Shown here one piece after another: positions 8,984 through 16,889 of a stretch of DNA of 32,000 nucleotides (positions are counted from its first letter, which is position 1; every line of letters begins with the position of its first letter). The stretch lies in assembly GCA_900234795.1 (NCBI GenBank), contig LT962688.1, positions 600,001-632,000 on the forward strand, read 5' to 3'. The position numbers and the translations under genes were made by a program. The DNA comes from Methylorubrum extorquens (GTDB lineage: Bacteria > Pseudomonadota > Alphaproteobacteria > Rhizobiales > Beijerinckiaceae). The notes below the pieces were generated by a model. It was not told the DNA's origin and did not search any database. It saw only the letters and a program-made list of their open reading frames with translations.

Positions 8984-9980
8984 TCACGCGGCGAGCGCGA
9001 CGCGGTCCGAGACCAGCGCGAGCCAGTTGCGGAACAGCCCGGCGGCGGCCTCCTGCCAAGCGGCCGGACGGGGCAGGGTCTCGGCCATCGTCGGGAAGTC
9101 GGCGTGCAGGGCGGGCGAGCGATAGGCCCGTGCCACCGCGGCGAAGGCGTCGAGACGCCGGACGGCCTCGTCGACGTAGTAGTTCTCGGGCAGCGCGGGC
9201 GGGGTGTCCCGCTCGCCATCGAGGAAGCGGCCGATATCCCGGCGGTACTCGCGGGCGAGCGTATCGCCGTCATATTCCGGGTGGCCCTGGAGGAAGACCA
9301 TCAAGGCACCGCGCTCGCGGACGAACAGATCGACCCCGACCTGTTCGGAGCGCCGCAGGACACGGTAGCCGCGGGCGGTCAGCGCCTGTTCGGGCAGGTC
9401 GTTCCAGCGCGAATGCGGCACCGGCACGTTCGCCGGCATCCCCGCGAGCAACGGATGGTGGGCGACCGCCGTGCAGGCATAGATGCCGGAATGCTTGGTC
9501 GGCAGCGGCTGACGCTCGATGCCATCGAGGTGCAGCACGGCCGCATGCGCGGCCAGACACGAGAACAGGGTCGGGACGCCGCTCGCATCCGCCCAATCCA
9601 CCACCGCCGCGAGCGCCGGGAAGAATGGCTCGTCGGCAAGACCCTTGGCCTTCGGCTCGGCGCCGGTGACGACGAGGGCATCGAGCCCGGCTCCAGCCAG
9701 CGCGCCTTGCGTCTCGTAGAAGCGTTCGAGATGGGCGCGGGCGAGGGGGACCGCGCGGGACCGTATCGAGGCTGAACAGGCGCAGCTCGACGCCTGGGCC
9801 GATCAGGCGCCGGAACTGGCGCTCCGTCTGCACCAGGGCGCTGTCGGGCATGTTGTTGAGGAGGCCGACGCGAAGCTTTGGCTGCGCCGGCTCGTGCCAC
9901 GCGACGCCGCCGACTGCGCCGAGATCCAACTCCGCCGCGGGCAGGCTCACGGGTTGGATCGAGGTGCCGTAGTCCAGCAT
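8984..9980 (-). pseudogene. metA: Homoserine O-acyltransferase MetA, reading frame broken by a 1-nt shift near 9745-9765
   Basis: The N-terminal part is in the frame of ORF 9270..9980 (MLDYGT...KLRVGLLNNMPDSAL...LRLFSLDTVPR). The remainder is in the frame of ORF 8984..9604, which I extended upstream by hand (...LARAHLERFYETQGALAGAGLDALVVTGAEPKAKGL...HSRWNDL...QGHPEYD). The RBS GGAGGAG lies 7 nt before the ATG at 9980. Confidence 0.8.
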
Positions 9981-10013
9981 GGCGGGTCTCCTCCGGACGC
10001 GATGGGGAAGGGT

Positions 10014-11307
<1,294 letters not shown>

Positions 11308-11620
11308 GTCTTGAAGCTGTCCCGAAACCGCGGAGTTAAGGTCTTGAGCGCAAGGCTTGGACCAGACTTGGCCGTACCGGAACGGGATGACAGCTTGCGA
11401 GACTTGCTGAACGCGAAACTTCGACAAGTCTTGATCGATGACTTCGATGATGGGGAAATCGCCCGGCAGACGTCGGCTCCGGCCGCACGGCTCCGTCTTT
11501 CCGGCCTAATCTCTGTTGCCCGGCCGCTGTCTCGAAACGGGGCAGGCGTGCCAAATCGGACCTAGTCTTGATACGGCGCAAGATCGGCTGAAATTCCACA
11601 GTCTTCGCCGGCCCTCGCGT
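11308..11620 (-). promoter_or_regulatory. Long structured 5' leader/promoter region of metY, with a repeated GTCTTGA heptamer and competing helices that cover the translation start region
   Basis: GTCTTGA occurs at 11308, 11341, 11428 and 11565, and GACTTG at 11365 and 11401. mRNA segment 11396->11383 (AAGCUGUCAUCCCG) can pair with 11324->11314 (CGGGACAGCUU), which ends 6 nt before the AUG. An alternative helix is CGCAAG (11399->11394) with CUUGCG (11354->11349). Confidence 0.35.
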
Positions 11621-11785
11621 TAGTCATAACCACACAATCGACTTGTCATGCGATCGGAACCGTGATTTCCGATAAGCTCGGCGCTTCCGGAATGGTCCCG
11701 AACGTCCGCTCCCTTTGTCATCAACGCGTTCTCGCGCGCCGAACCGGCGCCCCGTTTCGGCGGAGAGCGCTTCAGCGAGGATGCC

Positions 11786-12235
11786 GTGTCGACCACAGCG
11801 ATGATTCCGTCCGTGACCTCGGGCGAGCTGCGCGCCGCCCCGATCGAGCCGAGCTGGATCCACGAGGGACGGCCCGTGGCCCGCAACACCATGCTCTCGC
11901 GCAGCGCCGACGGCATGGCCTGGACCCTGGTCTGGGACTGCACCGCCGGGCGGTTCGAGTGGCACTACGACATCGACGAGACGATCCACTTCATCGAGGG
12001 CTCGGCCACGATCAGCGACGGCCTCTCCCCGCCCAAGACCTTCCGGGCCGGCGATGTGTTGTTCATTCCCCGCGGCGCGGTCTGCCATTGGCATGTCGAG
12101 AGCTACGTGCGGAAGGTCGCCTTCTGCCGGAAGACGCAGCCGAAGGTCGTGGCGCTCGCCCTGCGCGCGGCCGGCAAGGCCAAGCGGATGCTGAGCCGCC
12201 GCTCCGGCGCCGGCAGCGCGCTCGAAGCCGCCTGA
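11786..12235 (+). CDS. Cupin-fold protein (DUF861/cupin_3-like)
   Basis: DETIHFIEGSATISDG...GDVLFIPRGAVCHWHV is a typical single cupin barrel. The start is uncertain: GTG at 11786 or ATG at 11801. Confidence 0.6.
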   Translation: MSTTAMIPSVTSGELRAAPIEPSWIHEGRPVARNTMLSRSADGMAWTLVWDCTAGRFEWHYDIDETIHFIEGSATISDGLSPPKTFRAGDVLFIPRGAVCHWHVESYVRKVAFCRKTQPKVVALALRAAGKAKRMLSRRSGAGSALEAA

Positions 12236-12257
12236 ATGCATCGAGGCTGAGCCTCAG

Positions 12258-12367
12258 ACGCCGGCGGTCGCCTCCGCGGCCTTGGCTTTCGTTCCGCTCT
12301 GTCTTCGGAAGGACGGTTCGTCCTCCCGAACCCGCTCCACGGGGCGCTCTTCGCGCCCGGCTGGCGG
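12258..12367 (+). repeat. Intergenic structured repeat, copy A (conserved flanks around a variable central hairpin)
   Basis: 12258-12290 matches 18124-18156 at 31/33 positions. 12331-12367 matches 18187-18223 at 34/37. The centre at 12304-12330 forms ttcggaaggacg-gtt-cgtcctcccgaa. A conserved hairpin gggcgc-tcttc-gcgccc lies in the 3' block. Confidence 0.8.
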
Positions 12368-12422
12368 TGCCATCGCTGTTCGAGCGATGGCCTGTTCAGC
12401 ACATCCCGGAGGCTCGGCCGCG

Positions 12423-13304
12423 ATGACGACGCCCGATCACGACACCTCGCCCCCCGACACCTGGACCTTCTTCGAGGGCGCGTGGCATCCCGGCAATGTC
12501 CGGATCATGGGGCCACGCACCCACGGCGCGTGGCTCGGCTCGACGGTGTTCGACGGCGCCCGCGCCTTTGAGGGCGTCACGCCCGATCTCGATCTGCACC
12601 TCGCCCGGGTCAACCGCTCGGCCACCGCCCTCGGGCTCACGCCGAAGGTCGCGGTCGAGGAATGGGCCCGCCTCGTCGCCGAAGGGCTGACGCGCTTTGC
12701 GCCCGACGCCGAACTCTACATCCGGCCGATGTACTGGGCCGAGAGCGGGTTTGCCGGCGGCGTGCGCTTCGATCCCGCCTCCACCAACTGGTGCCTGTCG
12801 CTCTACACGGCACCGATGCCGCTGCCGTCGGGCGTCAAGGCGACGCTCTCGCCCTTCCGCCGCCCGTCGATCGAGGTCGCCCCCGTCGATGCCAAGGCCG
12901 GATGCCTTTACCCCAACGGGGCGCGGGCGCTGACAGAGGCGCTGTCGCGCGGCTTCGGCAATTGCCTGATGCTCGACGGGCTCGGCAACATCGCCGAGTT
13001 CGCCAACGCCAATGCGTTCTTCGCGCGGGACGGGGTGGTCTACACCCCGGTCCCGAACGGGACGTTCCTCGCGGGCATCACCCGCGCCCGCGTCCTCGCG
13101 CTGTTGCGCGGGGCCGGTGTCACGGTGGTGGAAAAGACCCTGCGCTACGAGGACTTCCTGAGCGCCGACGAGGTCTTCACCGCCGGCAACTTCGCCAAGG
13201 TCGCCCCGGTCACCGGGCTCGATGACATACGCTTCGAGCCGGGACCGATGTTTCGCCTCGCACGCCAGCTTTACTGGGATTTCGCGCACGGACGGCTGTC
13301 GTAG
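12423..13304 (+). CDS. Class-IV (branched-chain or D-amino-acid) aminotransferase
   Basis: 293 aa from ATG 12423 (MTTPDHD...). Blocks GAWLGSTVFDGARAF, ELYIRPMYWAE and EFANANAFFARDGVVYTP are typical of fold-type IV PLP aminotransferases. Confidence 0.8.
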   Translation: MTTPDHDTSPPDTWTFFEGAWHPGNVRIMGPRTHGAWLGSTVFDGARAFEGVTPDLDLHLARVNRSATALGLTPKVAVEEWARLVAEGLTRFAPDAELYIRPMYWAESGFAGGVRFDPASTNWCLSLYTAPMPLPSGVKATLSPFRRPSIEVAPVDAKAGCLYPNGARALTEALSRGFGNCLMLDGLGNIAEFANANAFFARDGVVYTPVPNGTFLAGITRARVLALLRGAGVTVVEKTLRYEDFLSADEVFTAGNFAKVAPVTGLDDIRFEPGPMFRLARQLYWDFAHGRLS

Positions 13305-13333
13305 CGGCACAAAGTTCAAGCTTTGCAGCCGCT
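13305..13333. terminator. Hairpin between convergent genes (candidate bidirectional terminator)
   Basis: gcggcacaaag-ttcaag-ctttgcagccgc starts immediately after the TAG at 13302-13304 and lies 16 nt before the convergent stop at 13349. Confidence 0.45.
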
Positions 13334-13348
13334 ACAGACTCATCTCGA

Positions 13349-13672
13349 TCAGCAGCTCAGACGGCGGCGCTCACGGCGACCGAAGGTCTGGTAGTGCGCA
13401 GCTCCGGATTCCATCTGGCCCCGTCGGACCGCGCGGAGCACGTCCGGATTGCAGCGCAGATACTCGCGCTCATCGAAGCCGTAATCGCGCCGGCCATAGC
13501 CACGACCACCATAACCACGGCCGCGGTCCTCGTCGTCGTAATCGCGGCCACCATAGCCACGGCCGCGTTCTTCGTAGCCATAGTCACGGCTGCCATAGGG
13601 CTGGGCCGACACTGAGGCGATGGATCCCATCAAGCCCAGGCCTACGGCCGCCACTGCATAAATCGCCTTCAT
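13349..13672 (-). CDS. Small secreted low-complexity protein with RGRGYGGRDY repeats and a Cys-flanked C-terminal NPDV...HY..FG module
   Basis: ATG at 13672 is preceded by GAGGAG. Signal peptide MKAIYAVAAVGLGLMGSIASVSA/QP, then a G/R/Y/D/E-rich repeat region, then EYLRCNPDVLRAVRRGQMESGAAHYQTFGRRERRRLSC. Confidence 0.6.
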   Translation of the reverse strand: MKAIYAVAAVGLGLMGSIASVSAQPYGSRDYGYEERGRGYGGRDYDDEDRGRGYGGRGYGRRDYGFDEREYLRCNPDVLRAVRRGQMESGAAHYQTFGRRERRRLSC

Positions 13673-13802
13673 ATCGGGTGGTCTCCTCATCAGCCGCTAG
13701 GAACGCGACGAAACGAATTTTGGTTCGCGGCCGGGGCCGAACGGCCGTGCTTGTGTCTCGCATGCCTCGCCCGAACGGTCATGGTGGGGTGGCTTCGATG
13801 TT

Positions 13803-15506
13803 TCAATCGCCCGCCAGCGCCTTCTCGCGGATCGCCGTGAGGCTCAGGCCCGGCGTGATCGCATCGACCGAGAACTTCACGTGGATGATCGCCGGGCGCT
13901 GCGCCGCCAGGGCCTCCTCCAACGCCGCCGGAAAATCCTCGGTCCGCTCCACGGTGAAGCCGACGCCGCCGAAGGCGCGGGCATAGGCGGCAAAGTCCGG
14001 GTTTACGAGGTCGGTGGCGAGGACGCGACCCGGAAAATCGCGCTCCTGATGCATGCGGATCGTGCCGTAGCTCGCATTGTCGGCGACGATGCAGACGATG
14101 TTCAGGCCGTACTGCACCGCGGTCGCGAATTCCTGGCCGTTCATCAGGAAGTCGCCGTCACCGTTGATTGAGATCACGGTGCGTTCGGGAAAGATCCGCT
14201 TCATCGCCACAGCCGCCGGGACGCCGTAGCCCATCGAGCCGGAGGTCGGCGCCATGTGGGTGGCAAGGCGGCGGAAGCGGTAGAAGCGGTGGATCCAAGC
14301 GGCGTAGTTGCCCGCGCCGTTGCACAGGATCGCGTCCTCCGGCAGCGCCTCGCGCAGATGCACCATCACCTGCCCGAGATTGACCGGGCCGGGCTGCGGC
14401 GTCGGGGTCTGCGACCACGCCAGATATGCGTCATGGGCCGCGCGGGTCTCGGCCGCCCACGGGACGGAAGCGGGCGCATCGAGCCGCGCCAGAGCCGCCG
14501 CCATCCGGGCCGGCGCGGCGGTGATGCCGAGATGCGGAACGTAGACCCGGCCGAGTTCCTCCGCTCCGGGATGAATATGGACGAGGCGGGTGCGGGGGGC
14601 CGGGATGTCGAGGAGCGAATAGGTCTGGCTCGCGACCTCGCCGAGGCGGCCGCCGAGCACGATCATCAGGTCGGCGGACTTGGCCCGCGCCACCAGCTTC
14701 GGGTTGGCGGCAAGCCCGAGATCGCCCGCGTAGTTCGGATGCAGCGGGTCGAACAGCGGCAGGCGGCGGTAGCTCGTGGCCACCGGCAGATCGAAGGCTT
14801 CAGCAAAGCGGCGGATATCGGCATAGGCCTGCTCGGTCCAGCGGCTGCCGCCGAGCACCAGGAAAGGGCTTTTGGCCTCCGCCAGCAGGGCGGCGAGGGA
14901 CGCGAGATCCTCCGCGCCGGGCGCGGCCTCGACGGCTTGGAAGGGCGGGGCCAGCAGCCCTTCCGCGGCATCCTTCAGCATGTCCTTCGGCAGCGCCACC
15001 ACCACCGGACCCGGCCGGCCGCCGGTGGCGGTGTGGAAGGCGCGCGAGACGTATTCCGGCATCCGCGCGCCGGTCTCGATCTCGGTGGCCCATTTCGCGA
15101 TCGGCCCGAAGGCGGCGCGGTAATCGACCTCCTGCCACGCCTCGCGGTCGCGCAGACCCCGCTCGATCTGGCCGACGAACAGGATCATCGGCGTCGAATC
15201 CTGCTGGGCGATGTGGATGCCGGCCGAGGCGTTGGTGGCGCCGGGACCGCGGGTGACGAAGCAGATGCCGGGTTGCCCCGTCGCCTTGCCGTGGGCTTCC
15301 GCCATCATCGCCGCGCCACCCTCCTGGCGGCAGACGGTGAGGGCGATGCCCGATTCGTAGAGCGCATCGAGCACCGGCAGGTAGCTCTCGCCCGGCACTG
15401 CGAAGACATGGGTGACGCCGTTGGCCGCGAGTTGGTCCACGAGCGCCTGGGCGGCGTTCCGCCCGCGGCTTCGGGCGGGGAGGGCGGCGTCTGGGCTCTG
15501 GGACAT
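13803..15506 (-). CDS. Thiamine-diphosphate-dependent enzyme of the acetolactate synthase large-subunit family (substrate unknown)
   Basis: Start at MSQSPDAALP (ATG 15506). N-terminal VTHVFAVPGESYLPVLDAL. ThDP motif GSMGYGVPAAVA...INGDGDFLMNGQE...VADNASYG. The 243-codon upstream extension in the ORF track has no family features and runs antisense into the flavin reductase gene. Confidence 0.8.
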   Translation of the reverse strand: MSQSPDAALPARSRGRNAAQALVDQLAANGVTHVFAVPGESYLPVLDALYESGIALTVCRQEGGAAMMAEAHGKATGQPGICFVTRGPGATNASAGIHIAQQDSTPMILFVGQIERGLRDREAWQEVDYRAAFGPIAKWATEIETGARMPEYVSRAFHTATGGRPGPVVVALPKDMLKDAAEGLLAPPFQAVEAAPGAEDLASLAALLAEAKSPFLVLGGSRWTEQAYADIRRFAEAFDLPVATSYRRLPLFDPLHPNYAGDLGLAANPKLVARAKSADLMIVLGGRLGEVASQTYSLLDIPAPRTRLVHIHPGAEELGRVYVPHLGITAAPARMAAALARLDAPASVPWAAETRAAHDAYLAWSQTPTPQPGPVNLGQVMVHLREALPEDAILCNGAGNYAAWIHRFYRFRRLATHMAPTSGSMGYGVPAAVAMKRIFPERTVISINGDGDFLMNGQEFATAVQYGLNIVCIVADNASYGTIRMHQERDFPGRVLATDLVNPDFAAYARAFGGVGFTVERTEDFPAALEEALAAQRPAIIHVKFSVDAITPGLSLTAIREKALAGD

Positions 15507-15578
15507 CGCTTCGATCTCGCTTGACGGCAGGACGCGTCCCGGTTCGGGACCATCCCTCGGCACATCCTGCGGTTCGTA

Positions 15579-15599
15579 CCGGAACTGAACAGTTTCCGG
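15579..15599. promoter_or_regulatory. Near-perfect palindrome in the divergent promoter region (candidate operator)
   Basis: ccggaactg-aa-cagtttccgg lies between the divergent ThDP-enzyme and flavin-reductase genes. Confidence 0.25.
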
Positions 15600-15803
15600 C
15601 CCGTCCAGCCGGGCCCTGGACTTGCACAGACGAGCCGCAAGGACAGGCAACGTCATAGAGATGAACCGATAACGTCCGGTTTCGACCGGTGCGGAACGGG
15701 CAGGTTTCTCAAGGTCCCATTTCACATCGACGAACGGATTGCGAACCATGCTTGCGCACCGGAGATCATCGACACCGGGCACCTCGGCCGGCTCGTTCGG
15801 CGG

Positions 15804-16391
15804 ATGGGGGGCGTGATGGCCGCCGCCGCGCTGGCGCCGGAGCCAGCCATCGACGGGGAGCTCCTCAAGCAGGCGATGCGCCGCCTCGTCGGCGGGGTCG
15901 TCGTGATCACCGCCGGAACCGGCGAGGACCGGGTCGGGCTCACCGCGACCTCGGCCGTCTCCCTCTCCGTCGATCCGCCGACCATGCTGGTCTGCGTCAA
16001 CCGCGCCTCCTCGACCTGGCCGGTCATCGCCCGGCGGCGGCATTTCTGCGTCAGCATCCTCGGGGCCGGGCAGCAGGCGACCGCCGAGCGCTTTGCCGGC
16101 ATCGGCGGGCTGCGGGGCGCCGCCCGCTATCGCGGCGCGGATTGGACGATCATGGAATCGGGCGCCTCCGGTCTCACCGAGGCGCAGGCCATCGTCGATT
16201 GCGCGCTGGAAGAGGTCATCGAGCGGCACAGCCACGCCATCCTCCTCGGCGCGGTGCGGGCAGTGCGTCTGAACCGGATCGAGCGGCCCTCCCTGGCCTA
16301 TGGCGGCGGGCGCTTCATCGGGATCTCACCGCATGAGGCGGCACGCGGCACCGGCCGCATTCACAGTGCCGCTGACAACAAGACAGATTAA
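15804..16391 (+). CDS. Flavin reductase (FMN-binding split-barrel, HpaC/NtaB-like)
   Basis: LVGGVVVITAGTGEDRVGLTATSAVSLSVDPPTMLVCV is the characteristic Flavin_Reduct core. The start is ATG 15804 or 15816. Confidence 0.8.
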   Translation: MGGVMAAAALAPEPAIDGELLKQAMRRLVGGVVVITAGTGEDRVGLTATSAVSLSVDPPTMLVCVNRASSTWPVIARRRHFCVSILGAGQQATAERFAGIGGLRGAARYRGADWTIMESGASGLTEAQAIVDCALEEVIERHSHAILLGAVRAVRLNRIERPSLAYGGGRFIGISPHEAARGTGRIHSAADNKTD

Positions 16392-16524
16392 CCAGCAACA
16401 CACTTAACATCGATAAATGCTTTTTCGGCACAATCAGCAAGAGTATTGATAAAACTCAGGCTGTATTGAAATCGAAGCGGCCACAGATCAATCCAGTCGG
16501 CACAGGCCAAAGGGAAAAAGGACA
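16392..16524 (+). promoter_or_regulatory. AT-rich island (about 44% G+C by hand count) upstream of the carrier-protein cassette, with a direct repeat GTATTGA spaced 20 bp apart
   Basis: GTATTGA occurs at 16443-16449 and 16463-16469. AGGA lies 4 nt before the ATG at 16525. I could not place a convincing -35/-10 pair. Confidence 0.4.
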
Positions 16525-16794
16525 ATGTCGCAAGCGGTGGCAGCCAGCGTCGCGGATCGCACCATGGGCCTCGCCTACGCGATCGCCGCGCGCCACACGA
16601 TCAAGCCGAAATTCGATCAAGCGGACGCCCTGGTCGATGTCGGGCTCTCGTCGCTCGATCTCGTCAACCTGATGGTCGCGGTCGAGGCGGAGTTCGACAT
16701 CATGATCCCGCCCGCGAGCCTGACGCCGAAGAACTTCTACTCGATCGAGACCATCGCCCGGATGGTCGAGAGCGTGCGCGGCCCGAACGCCTGA
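16525..16794 (+). CDS. Carrier protein 1 (phosphopantetheine-binding, ACP/PCP-like)
   Basis: 89 aa. DVGLSSLDLVNLMVAVEAEF matches the carrier-protein helix-II attachment motif, with Ser in LSSLD. Confidence 0.8.
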   Translation: MSQAVAASVADRTMGLAYAIAARHTIKPKFDQADALVDVGLSSLDLVNLMVAVEAEFDIMIPPASLTPKNFYSIETIARMVESVRGPNA

Positions 16795-16889
16795 GCGGCC
16801 AAGTCCGGATCGCCCAGACTGCGCCGCCCCTCACGAACATCCCTGACGTGCCGCCGGCCCGGCCGGCTTCAGTCCAACGGAGCCCAGCC

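Noticed and set aside
7176-9125. 649-aa plus-strand ORF antisense to the acyl-CoA synthetase
   Set aside because: It has no motifs and a low-complexity composition. The sense strand has all the ANL/FATP core motifs.
11308-11450. Calling a SAM-II (metA-type) riboswitch upstream of metY
   Set aside because: The context fits and there is pseudoknot-like pairing, but I could not find the conserved AAAGCU-type core by eye. It is left as an unclassified structured leader pending a covariance-model search.
11653-11673. Palindrome atcggaa-N7-ttccgat in the metY/cupin divergent region, and the shared 11-mer cgtaccggaac at 11372 and 15575
   Set aside because: These are short motifs. A shared 11-mer within 32 kb of biased-composition DNA is expected by chance, and the CGGAA/TTCCG half-site spacing differs between the two palindromes. 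There is no basis for a common operator.
14256-15524. 422-aa plus-strand ORF antisense to the ThDP enzyme, and the 275-aa ORF 14800..15627
   Set aside because: High-GC antisense or alternative frames with no motifs.
15507-16235. 243-codon N-terminal extension of the ThDP-enzyme ORF (13803..16235)
   Set aside because: It has no similarity to ThDP-enzyme N-termini. It overlaps the divergent promoter region and the flavin reductase gene on the other strand. The canonical N-terminus begins at MSQSPDAALP (15506).
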